The notes beneath the pieces are model-generated. The model saw only the letters and a list, made by a program, of their open reading frames with translations, ran no database searches and was not told the origin of the DNA. This document shows positions 39,666 to 51,246 of a stretch of DNA of 64,000 nt, one piece after another. Both the position numbers and the translations under genes were made by a program. Source of the stretch: Callorhinchus milii. Taxonomy: Eukaryota. The stretch spans positions 4,154,001 through 4,218,000 of the forward strand of contig NW_024704765.1 in the NCBI RefSeq assembly GCF_018977255.1, read 5' to 3'. Position 1 is the first letter of the stretch, and the number at the start of each line of letters is the position of its first letter.

Positions 39666-42141
39666 CTGAAGGTCAACCCTCCTGACGATGCAGTGCCTCC
39701 CGCCGGCACTGCACGGGAGTGTCAGCCTGGACTGAGGAGTGTCTTTCAGGCTGACGGCGGTGCACAGGATTGAAGAGGAACACAGTGAGCGAGTGTCATA
39801 CCTCCAGTTACCACAAGATGTTCCACTTGGGATTGCTGAAGGCAATCGCCGCATTCATGCACGTTCCCCAGACAAGTTTCCTCGAAGGGTGATGTCAGGC
39901 AGCTCCGGAACAAGACTGCGCAGACATCAATGTTAGCGAGAAAGCAACTGATCAAAGCCTCACTACAAAAAGCCGCCGCCATACGGTCTGAGATAGCAGG
40001 AGCTCTGCAGCTGAATCAAAGCCTTTTGATGAAGAGCTGGTATCGAACGGGGAAGTAACAGAGGCTAATAAAATCGCAGCTCAAACGTGTGGACGCACTG
40101 GCAGCTAGACACAGGAGTCAGGCTGGAGACCAGACTGGGTGGGTGGGGGGGGGGCAAGAGGTTGGAATGGTGGTTCTTTACTGAGTTGCTGATCTCAGTT
40201 GAGTTGGGTTAGGTAAAACCAGCCTGGGCTCCCCAATGGTGATCACAACCAAAGTTGAACATGCAATGGTGCCATTGGTCATTCAATTCCTGGCTGTTTG
40301 TGACGTTGCTGTGTGCAAATTGGTTACCACATTCATCCACAAAATACACTAAACTGTGCTGCGTATTGAGGCGTTCTCTTAACCGGAAAGGTGTGTCAGA
40401 TGTCAGGATAATTTTATTATTATATCAAATGTAGCAGAGAGAGCGCCACCTTGAGCTGCCTTGGAATGCCATCAGACCGATGTGTGTTGACTCACATACG
40501 TTTATAAATAACACAAGCTTTCCGTTGAAAGCTTTTCCCAAAATACTTTGTGAAATACACAACACAATGAGGCCTAAGTATAGAAAATAAAGCTGGACTC
40601 CGGCTATTTATAGCCCTGGTGCTCCCAGTGGGCTCAGCCAGTTTCCAACAGCAACTCCTCTTAAAGGTACATCCACCTCACTGAGGAAGCGCGGCTCACG
40701 GCTGTCCTTACACCGCGGTGCACGACCAATCTCCCCACTCAGTGTTGAGTGTTCATATCCTGGATTGGACATAACTAGGGATCTTCATGGGGGTCGTATC
40801 TCAAGAGCACTTATTCAATTGCAGAATCAAGTGACAAGTCCACACTAAGGACAGGACACTGATGAACAGCAATCAATCTCACACCACTCAATTCTACCCC
40901 ACAAGCCAAGTGAACGGAGCTTGCCTGGTTCCAGAGCACGGCAGAGTATCACTCCACACTAAAGCCCACTGGTGGGAGATCTCACCAAAGAGCATTAGGG
41001 CGACTTGTGGAGACTTGGCCAAAGGCTCACCTCAGGGGTTAAGATCATCCTCCGCCCTGAGCCCAGCTATCATTGTGAGCCAGGAGTTTACGGCTTCTTT
41101 CCTAATTTTGTACAAATTGTTGGGAAGAGCGAAGAATCCAGGTGCTCATTTGTTGGTTTATAAAATTCTGCAGTGCTGGTGCTTTTTGTAACCTTTTGCA
41201 TGGGCATGTGCGCACACAGGTTTTGCACAAGTTAACCAAAGATTTTTCACGCTTTCTCCACCAAATGACCCAAACTGACCAGCAAACAGCTGTGGCCAGC
41301 AGTGGAATAATTTGAAACCAGTTTTGTAAAAAACCCAAAGATTTATTTATAGTACTCAACCAGAATATACAAAGTAGTGGTCAAGCATGAACTAATGAGG
41401 TATACAAATTTAACTTGTTCAATATGGGAAATGCTTTCTTTCATTAAATCACGTCCTTGAAACCACATACAGGTTGAAAAAAAAATGACAGCAGACGTTA
41501 CAATGAGTTTCAAAAGGAAATTTACAAATTGAACCGGTCAATTTTTGCTGGAAGGATTTTTTTTTGCACCACGAACAATAAACAGTAACAAATTGTGGAA
41601 CCCAAACTTTGTGATTCTTTTTTGTAAGTTTTTTTGTTATTTTTTTTGTACAGAATAGAGACAGACCAGGCGCTCTGTGGACCTGGTAACCGGACCTATA
41701 TCTTTGGCCTCCACATTGCATATGAAACTCTACCCTAAACACCATTTACAAAAAGAAAAAAAAGGGCAGCTATTTCTCCTCTTAAAAGTGAGGACGTAGT
41801 CAGCCAGTCTTAGAGAGTGTGCTTCTGAAATGTACAACCCTGCCCTCCCTCCACACCCCGAGTTTCAAATCCTTCTCAAAACAGTCTCAAAAAACATTTA
41901 GTGCAGCAATTAAGCCCATTAAACATATGGTTGTACAAAGAGCATTAATAAATAACTCCATAGAAAAACAAATATTCTCCTAGAACATCTGGGCAGGTGT
42001 TTCAAGAGCCAGTTGTACAGTACATATAAAAAACCCATGCACTCTGCAAGCGTACATACAAAAGCACATCCTCTAGACCCCAAAACTGACCACATCACCA
42101 GTTATAAAAACAGAAATGAGGGAATGTATTTTTAAGCTTTT

Positions 42142-43389
42142 TCAATCTGTCTTCTCTCCGTTTGTCTTTTGCTTCTTAGTCTCACCTTCCTCCTAAAACA
42201 AACAGAACAAAAAAAAACTCATTACAGGAAGCAAGGTCACGGTCAGAGAACAGAGCGAACACACGACTTGTTAGCCACATGGTGGCAGACAGCCAAGAAT
42301 CCCGCTCGGCAATCAGCAAGCTCTTGGGTTGCTTATTAGAGGGAGAAGCCTGGCCTAAAGGATTTTCGCACACGTCAGACCATCCTTGACCCCTGACCAC
42401 ACCTACGATTGGCTCTGAATCCAGTTTAGAACACACTCGGGGATTAAGGTCAATTCTATGGTGCAATACCACATTTCGGCCACTGGATGTCCTCAGCGCG
42501 ATATGAACAAGGGCGCCCCCCAGGGGCAGAACATGGCAGAGCACAATCTCAATGGACTCAACAGGTCCTCGTCTTCGTACCATCCCCTGTAAGTTTGCTC
42601 GTAACAGCTTTTGTTAAGTGCCATGAGTCCATCTCCCTGACCAAGAGGTCGTTGTAGCCTCAGGGAGAAAATGACCATTAGCAAAGGTGGTTTCCCCGAC
42701 CACGGGACCCACTTTTGCTGTACCTCAACGTTGCTGAGTAGCAACAACTACTACACTCAAGTAGGACTGTGAAACACTTACCACTTCCTCAGCTGTACGC
42801 TTGGCTGTCTTGCTATCAGTTTTATCTCCTTCGCCCTCCTCGGCACCGTCTTCATCCTCTCCTTCACCGTCCTCCTCATCACCTTCACCTTCACCCTCGG
42901 CTGCAAATAAAGCCACCGGTAAAAGCTCAAGAAAGCCCAGTAACATCGCAAGCCCAACAACTCGCACCACGTGATGGGGGGGGGGGGTCACGCAAACATC
43001 CCCCCCGTCCGGAAAACAGACAACCGAGCACTAAAGTCAAGCCGACCGTCCTCGGGTTCGGAAAGGTCGCCTGGTTTCCGCGTGTAAACCAGCGAGAGGG
43101 TCGCGGTTTCCGGTGAGCCCGTAGAAGGCGGGCGGGGGAGGGGGGGGAGGAGTTGGGTTGGGCTGTGAGCCCCCCCCCCACCCCCGCAGCCAACACAGTG
43201 ACCCCAATGAACCAGCAGCGGTGCGGAACTTCCAAACAGCCAAGTTCAACCGCAGTCCAATCCATTCCGCAAACAAACCACTGCGGTGATGGGGGGGACA
43301 CGAACATCCCGGTCTTCGGCCGTGAAATCAACACTTCAGCTCGTTACACCATCTTCATCATCATCCTCCTCCTCCTCCTCACACTGCGC

Positions 43390-43435
<46 letters not shown>

Positions 43436-44800
43436 CCCGCGGCCACTCTCTCTCCACTCACCTTCCTCTTCCTCCTCCACCTGCTCGGCGGCGGCTGCTT
43501 CTTTGTGCTCAGCGCCGTTCTTCTTCTCCTCCTCCTCCTCCTGCAAAGCAGCGCCGCGGCCGCGGCCCCGTTACACACAGCGCAGCGAAGCGGCCACCGG
43601 ACCAACCCCGGGACGGCCGGAACCCGCGGGGACCCAGAGAGGGGGGCGCCCACCCCGGGGGGGCGAGCGGGAAGCGGCGCCGCGGGTGTGGGGTGAGGGT
43701 GTGAGAGTGGNNNNNNNNNNNNNNNNNNNNNNNNNNNNNNNNNNNNNNNNNNNNNNNNNNNNNNNNNNNNNNNNNNNNNNNNNNNNNNNNNNNNNNNNNN
43801 NNNNNNNNNNNNNNNNNNNNNNNNNNNNNNNNNNNNNNNNNNNNNNNNNNNNNNNNNNNNNNNNNNNNNNNNNNNNNNNNNNNNNNNNNNNNNNNNNNNN
43901 NNNNNNNNNNNNNNNNNNNNNNNNNNNNNNNNNNNNGGTGTGTGAGTGTGTGAGGGGGTGTGTGAGGGGGGGGGGGTGAGGGGGTGTGTGAGGGGTGTGA
44001 GGGTGTGTGTGTGGGGGGGTGTGAGGGGGTGTGTGGGGGTGTGTGTGGGGGTGTGTGAGGGGGGACTCACGGTGCCGTTAGTGGGAGCGTCCCCACTGCC
44101 GTTCTCCTGCTTCTCCGCTTCCTCCACCTTCTCCGCCGCCTTTTCCTTCTTCTCCTTCAGCTCCTACACACACACCGGGGATCAGCGATGCCGCCGAACA
44201 CCGGCTCCCCCCCCCCCCCCGCCATCCCCCCCTCCGCCGCCCGCTCCCCCCCCCCCCCCGCCCCGCTCCCCCCCCCCGCCCCGCGTGCCTGTATCTCCCG
44301 CCAGTTCTGCGTGAGGTGAAAAGCGTGGCGGGTGGACTCGGGGCTGCACTCTCCCGGGGGAGTCCGCAGCCCCTCCCCCTCCCCCCCACCCCCCCGCCGC
44401 CCCCTCCCGGAAATATTTTTTTATCGACGTCGTTCTAGTTATTGTTATTCAAAAAAAATTGGAATTTTTAAAAAAAAAATATCCCCCCAATAAGTTTTAA
44501 AATTAAATCTCGCGGCGCGAGACACCGCGGGGGCCGAGGGCTGAGGGGCGCGGAGACCCTCGGACCCTTTTTTGTGGGGGGGGGCGATGGTGGGGGCTCC
44601 GAGCGGCCTCTCCAGTCCGTCTCCGGGAGCCGATCGGGAGCCGCTCTCCTCTCTCACACACACACACACACAAAGAGACAACAAAGGAAACACGCGGGAC
44701 TCCGGGGCTCCGCTCCCCCCCTCCCCTCCCTCCCCCCCGCGAGCAGCTCTCTCACCTGCGGGCTGACCTCGATGGCGGGACCCGCTGCGGTATCGGCCAT
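42142..44800 (-). CDS. Prothymosin-alpha/parathymosin family acidic nuclear protein, 5 exons, 128 aa
   Basis: Exons 44800-44756 (MADTAAGPAIEVSPQ, 45 nt), 44163-44071 (ELKEKKEK..EEAEKQENGSGDAPTNGT), 43540-43462 (EEEEEKKNGAEHK..EEEEE), 42900-42782 (AEGEGEGDEEDG..TAKRTAEEV), 42192-42142 (EEGETKKQKTNGEKTD*). Phases 0,0,1,0. Shows LKEKKE, a DAPxNG motif, a central acidic tract and a KR..TKKQKT bipartite NLS, with no aromatic residues. AATAAA (minus) at 41347-41342. Confidence 0.88.
43711..43936. other. Assembly gap (N run) in intron 2 of the prothymosin-family gene
   Basis: Run of N. Confidence 1.
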
Positions 44801-44819
44801 CGCTGGGCTGCACGGTCGG

Positions 44820-45730
44820 GCGGGTTGAACGGCTGACGACGAGGCGCGGAGCTTCCGACTGTAATCACGGGAGGCAGAGCCGGGTCGGGACGCGCGGGAG
44901 TGGACGGCTGACTGGACGCTGCTGCTACTCCTCAAGTTACTCCCGGTTCCACTTCCACGCTGTGCCGCCGTGAGGAGCAATGAGCCGCCGCTTGGCCGCG
45001 CGGGCCTTTAACACCTCCATCGGGCCCCGCCCACGCACCCGGACGCCGCACCCATTGGTCAGAACCGCCAGCCAGTCACCCCCATGACCCGCCTTCCGGC
45101 GTGCCCATTGGCTGTATTCAAACGGCAGCCGCCGCCATTGGTCCGCTCGGGCCGGCCCCGCCCCGCCACCGCCGAGCCCGGTGGGCGGTCATTCACGAAC
45201 GAGTGGCCGTCACTCACCTCGAGCTGTCGAGCGCGATTGGCTGAAGCTCCGGATCCGCCCCACCCCCCCCCGCCGCTGCCCACCGGACCAATGGACGGGG
45301 CTTGGGTTCCGATTGGCCGAGCGGACGATCCATCGCCAGGCTGAGCGCCTGCTGATTGGTCCGGGTGTCCGCCCGTCACCGCCGCGCTGCCTCCCGATTG
45401 GCGCAGCCCAGCTGGGGGCCCCGCCCCGACTGACAGGTGGCCCCGCCCCCCCCTCTCTGGTCTGATTGGCGCCTTTTTAAAGGCTCGTCTTTTTTTTTGC
45501 TAATGGTGAATGCTCCTAATTGCGCGCTTTGTGCCGCTCTCGCTGGTGCTTTGCATTATGATTGGCATGTGCGCGGGGGCTCCCCCCCCCCGAAGTATTT
45601 CCAACCCATGAGATCCATTTCCAACACGCTCTCCCCTCCCGGTACAGCCATTGACCCCCTCCCACTGCCTTACTTTTATTTACCCCCACAAACTGCTGAG
45701 CTCCGCCAATCAATAAACCAATAACTAAAC
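44820..45730 (-). promoter_or_regulatory. CpG-island promoter of the prothymosin-family gene with ~12 CCAAT boxes
   Basis: CpG-dense. ATTGG/CCAAT at 45054, 45107, 45137, 45236, 45288, 45312, 45355, 45397, 45465, 45561, 45706, 45718; GC boxes (e.g. 45025-45032); ETS-like CTTCCGG at 45093; TATA-like GTTAAAG at ~45012-45006 on the minus strand. Confidence 0.8.
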
Positions 45731-47884
45731 CGAACCGAACACTGGGCAAACACTCGCCCGTCCCCCCCCCGGTTCCCCCCCCCTCCCCCCCCCACAGGCA
45801 CGGAACCGGGTGGATCGAAGCCTTTGTAACCGGGCGGCGCCGCACACCCCCCGCGTTATGTCCCCGCGAACCGCCCCCTCCGGTTTTTGTTCTAATTCGG
45901 AAACCCATTCGGGGTTTTCGAGGAGTGCGGAGGAACGCGGAGGAAGTTATCGATCCGCTCCGTGAGGTCTCGGGATAAACGGGACCGGACCGTGTAGTGC
46001 AGTGGGTCCGCACTGAGACACCACAGCTCTCCCTCTCCCCCTCTCCCCCCCACCACCACCCACCGACCACTCAAAACGCATCGAATTTTTTTTTGTGCGC
46101 CCGTCCTGGGGTTTGTATTTGCTTTTTACGTTCGAGCGCAAAAAAAAAACTTTTTAAACTGTAGGAGGTTTAAAAGCCTCATTGCCTTCTCCCGCTGTTT
46201 AACTTAAAAGAGAGCCACCGGGGCTTTACCGGGAGGGGAAGTGGCAGGTCCCGGGCAGGTAGGTTACCGGGGACTCCCCCCACCCCCCCCGTGACACCGT
46301 CTCCTCCAATTCGCCTCATCATCATCATCATTATTATTATTAATATTATTATTATTGCATCGCGACAATGGAAACATCTGCAGAATGCAGTGCATTTTAT
46401 CCCCAACGTGTCTTAACCTGAAGCGTGTGGCGGGAAAGCCGTGAGCGGATTAAAAAGGGGAAATAAGACGGAAAGACCCCCCCCCCCCCCCCCCCCTCCC
46501 CTCCCCCCCCCCCCTCCCCCCCCCTCCCCCCCCCTCCCCTCCCCCCTCCGATGACTTACTGTTTTGACGACTGTGTATATAATGAGAACTAACGCAGGAA
46601 CTTCTGGACTTCAATCCCGCAATTTCGTCTCACTTTTTTTTCCCCCTTTTCTTAAAAAAAAGTTGCTGTTGTTTACACTGTTGTAAATAAATAGTTAGTT
46701 TGGCAGTGCCCTGTGGGGGTGTGTGGGGGGGGGGTCTGGTTACCTGTGTGGGGGGGGGGGAGGGGGTGCACCTGGCACTGGGCTGAAGACATCTTTTTCT
46801 CTCTCTGGGTCTCTCTCTCTCTCTCTTCTCTCTCTCTCTTTCTCTCTCTCATTGACCGCCTTTGGCCGTCTGCCATCCAATGAGCCCCATGTGGAGAAGT
46901 TCCTTTTGTTTAAGTTGTGGAAAATGGTTTCAACGGTGAACAAATCGAAACTGCGAAACACGTTTTGCCTTTTCTTTTGAGCATCGAAACTTGGGATATT
47001 CCGCTGGTTCGCTTCTCCAGTCGGTGTGAGTGTGTGTGTGTGTGTGTGAGTGACAGTGTGTGTGTGTGAGGGTGTGTGTGTGTGTGTGTTGGGGGTCTGG
47101 TTCCCTCTCAAACTTGTGGCTTATTCGCAAGTTTGGGGTTTTTTTTTGCTCAAAAACACACATTTCTCTTTTTCAACAGGAAACGGCTTAATGTTTCTTT
47201 GGTGGCGAATGGATGGCGATAGCGCGCGCTCTCTCTCCGTCTCTCTAACTTCCCAAATGCTTCCAAACGCGCCGGCGCGTGACTCTGACCTGTTAATAAC
47301 GCGTACAGTCTCCAAAGGCAGACGCAGAGTGACCATTATAGTGTTTTTTTTAACAGAAGAGAGTTGGAGACATTACTTTTGTCCACATGTTTGTATTGAT
47401 CCGGCGCCTTGGGACGTTCTCCTGACATGAATTTGTTATTGTTGATAAGAAACGTCTCGAACCTCCAGACGTAATTAATTTCGAGTGTAATAACTGTTTT
47501 GCCCATGAGGTTCCCCCCCCACACACACACACACACACACACAGGCCCGGGGATTGTTGGCCAGGCCACTGGGAGAGCCTGTCCTCTCTCTGGCTCACAT
47601 GGTAAGTGCGCCATGTGCTGTGGTCCTGAGCTGACCAGAGGATGGAAGGTATCAGTGTCAATGGCTGGTGCCCGGTGAGTGCGTGGGTGGGGAGACGTGT
47701 CCATGAGGGGAAAACATCCGCCAAGACTCGCTTGATTTCTGTGAGCGAAAGGCACAGTGTAAAGTGGACTTTGATGGAGGTGCCAAAGGCCGCTGGACCG
47801 GTCAGCAGAAATGGGTCGCTGCCCCCTTTGCCGGGATTTAACTTGGAAACACTTTTCAGAGAGGTTTAGGGTTGGAATGATGGT

Positions 47885-48230
47885 AAGTGTGAGGTGGAGG
47901 GAGGGCGAGTGTGAGGTGGAGGGAGTTGTGAGGTAGAGGGAAGGCGAGTGTGAAGTGGAGGGAGTTGTGAGGTGGAGGGTGGGCAAGTGTGAGGTGGAGG
48001 GAGGGCGAGTGTGAGGTGGAGGGAGGGAGTTGTGAGGTGGAAGGAGGGAGTTGTGAGGTGGAAGGAGGGAGTGTGAGGTGGAAGGAGGGAGTGTGAGGTG
48101 GAAGGAGTTGTGAGGTGGAAGGAGGGAGTGTGAGGTGGAAGGAGGGGAGTGTGAGGTGGAAGGAGGGAGTGTGAGGTGGAAGGAGTTGTGAGATGGAGGC
48201 AGTGTGAGGTGGAAGGAGGGCGAGTGTGAG
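47885..48230. repeat. ~20-bp purine-rich minisatellite (gtgtgaggtggaaggaggga)
   Basis: Direct inspection. Confidence 0.9.
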
Positions 48231-48339
48231 CTGCTGTGGAAATAAATATCCAATCAAACAACTGCCCACAAAATGTCTGTCACTTTCCACTGAGATGACT
48301 TTCAAGATGGTGCCGAGGGCAGCCCAGCCTCACACCAAC

Positions 48340-49345
48340 ACACAGCCCCCCCCCCCCCCCCCACACAGCCCCCCCCACCCACATACACACAGCCCCCCCC
48401 CCCACATACACACAGCCCCCCCCCCCCACATACACACAGCCCCCCCCCCACATACACACAGCCCCCCCCCCCACATACACACAGCCCCCCCCCCACATAC
48501 ACACAGCCCCCCACATACACACAGCCCCCCACATACACACAGCCACCCACATACACACAGCCACCCACATACACACAGCCACCCACATACACACAGCCAC
48601 CCACATACACACAGCCACCCACATACACACAGCCCCCCCACCCACATACACACAGCCCCACCTCCACCCACATACACACAGCCCCACCCCCCCACATACA
48701 CACAGCCCCCCCCACCCACATACACACAGCCACACACATACACACAGCCCCCCACATACACACAGCCCCACCCACATACACACAGCCCCCCCCCCACATA
48801 CACACAGTCCCCCCCACATACACACAGCCCCCCCCCCACATACACACAGCCCCCCCCCCCACATACACACAGCCCCCCCCACATACACACAGCCCCCCCC
48901 ACATACACACAGCCCCCCCCCACATACACACAGCCCCCCCCACCCCCCACATACACACAACCCCCCCCCACATACACACAGCCCCCCCCCCCACATACAC
49001 ACAGCCCCCCCCCCACATACACACAGCCCCCCCCCCCCCATATACACACAGCCCCCCCCCCACATACACACAGCCCCCCCCAACCCCCCCACATACACAC
49101 AGCCCCCCCACCCCCCCACATACACACAGCCCCCCCACCCCCCCCATATACACACAGCCCCCCCCCCACATACACACAGCCCCCCCCAACCCCCCCACAT
49201 ACACACAGCCCCCCCACCCCCCGCACATACACACAGCCCCCCCACCCCCCGCACATACACACAGCCCCCCACCCTCTCACACCCACACACACCCCCATAC
49301 CCACTGCCCCCCTCCACACAGACCCCCCCCCCCCACACACACACG
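48340..49345. repeat. C/A-rich minisatellite (cacatacacacagcccccc, variable C run)
   Basis: Dozens of units; the source of spurious ORFs in all frames. Confidence 0.9.
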
Positions 49346-49484
49346 TGCAAACCCAGTCTTTGTTCGTCTGTGTACAAAAAGGCACAAGAAGTTAGTCGTA
49401 ATCGGCGTTTTCACTTCCTCCCCAATGACATTTCACTGCAGAAAACCCCCAAATTCAGCGCAGAATCGAAGTGCCACTCACTCT

Positions 49485-50110
49485 GTGTGTGTGTGTGGGG
49501 GGGGGAATGGTGGTGGGGGTGTGTGTGGGGGGTGTATGGTGGTGGGGGTGTGTGTGTGGGGGGGGGTGTGTGGGGGTGTATGGTGATGGGTGTGTGTGTG
49601 TGAGGGGGGGTGTGTGGGGGTGTGTGTGTGGGGGTGTATGGTGGTGGGGGTGTGTGAGGGGGGTGTATGGTGGTGGGGGTGTGGGGGTGTGTGTGGGGGG
49701 GTGTATGGTGATGGGGGTGTGTGTGTGGGGGTGTATGGTGGTGGGGGTGTGTGTGTGGGGGTGTATGGTGGTGGGGGTGTGTGTGAGGGGGGTGTATGGT
49801 GGTGGGGGCTGTGTGTGTGAGGGGGGTGTATGGTGATGGGGGTGTGTGTGAGGGGGGTGTATGATGGTGGGGGCTGTGTGTGTGAGGGGGGTGTATGGTG
49901 GTAGGGGCTGTGTGTGTGTGTGTGGGGGTGTATGGTGATGCGGGTGTGTGGGGGTGTATGGTGGTGGGGGCTGTGTGTGTGAGGGGGGTGTATGGTGGTA
50001 GGGGCTGTGTGTGTGTGTGGGGGGGTGTATGGTGATGGGGCTGTGTGTGTGTGGGGGGGGGTGTATGGTGGTGGGGGCTGTGTGTGTGGATTTGTGTGTG
50101 TGTGTGTGTT
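49485..50110. repeat. G/T-rich minisatellite (gtgtatggtggtgggggctgtgtgt)
   Basis: Direct inspection. Confidence 0.9.
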
Positions 50111-50312
50111 TTGGGGGCGGTGATAGAATGCACTCCATTGGCTCTGGAGGAGGAGCTGTGAACTGCCGGAGTGGGAGGGAGAGGGAGTGGGGGGAGTGGG
50201 AAGGGGAGTGGGGGCTGAGCTGCTGAACCACTGCTCAACCCCTCTCTCTCTCTCTCTCTCTTACGTGGCGGAGTTAGATTTGCCGTTTGGGCTTCTCTCA
50301 ACATGTCATCCG

Positions 50313-51246
50313 AACCCACTCCCTCCGACACACAGCAATACCCCCAAACCCACTCCCTCCGACACACAGCAATACCCCCAAACCCACTCCCTCCGACACA
50401 CAGCAATACCCCCAAACCCACTCCCTCCGACACACAGCACAACCCCCAAACCCACTCCCTCCGACACACAGCAATACCCCCAAACCCACTCCCTCCGACA
50501 CACAGCAATACCCCCAAACCCACCCCCTCCGACACACAGCACAACCCCCAAACCCACTCCCTCCGACACACAGCAATACCCCCAAACCCACCCCCTCCGA
50601 CACACAGCAATACCCCCAAACCCACTCCCTCCGACACACAGCAATACCCCCAAACCCACTCCCTCCGACACACAGCAATACCCCCAAACCCACTCCCTCC
50701 GACACACAGCAATACCCCCAAACCCACCCCCCCCGACACACAGCAATACCCCCAAACCCACCCCTCCGACACACAGCAATACCCCCAAACCCACCCCCTC
50801 CGACACACAGCAATACCCCCAAACCCACCCCTCCGACACACAGCAATACCCCCAAACCCACTCCCTCCGACACACAGCAATACCCCCAAACCCACTCCCT
50901 CCGACACACAGCAATACCCCCAAACCCACTCCCTCCGACACACAGCAATACCCCCAAACCCACTCCCTCCGACACACAGCAATACCCCCAAACCCACTCC
51001 CTCCGACACACAGCAATACCCCCAAACCCACTCCCTCCGACACACAGCAATACCCCAAACCCACTCCCTCCGACACACAGCAATACCCCAAACCCACTCC
51101 CTCCGACACACAGCAATACCCCCAAACCCACTCCCTCCGACACACAGCAATACCCCCAACCCACTCCCTCCGACACACAGCAATACCCCCAAACCCACTC
51201 CCTCCGACACACAGCAATACCCCCAAACCCACTCCCTCTGACACAC
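50313..51246. repeat. Homogeneous 34-bp minisatellite, ~27 copies
   Basis: Unit aacccactccctccgacacacagcaataccccca, head-to-tail with no spacers. Confidence 0.95.

Noticed and set aside
50313-51246. 34-bp repeat array resembling CRISPR repeat length
   Set aside because: Units are contiguous with no unique spacers, there are no cas genes, and the context is vertebrate. It is a minisatellite.
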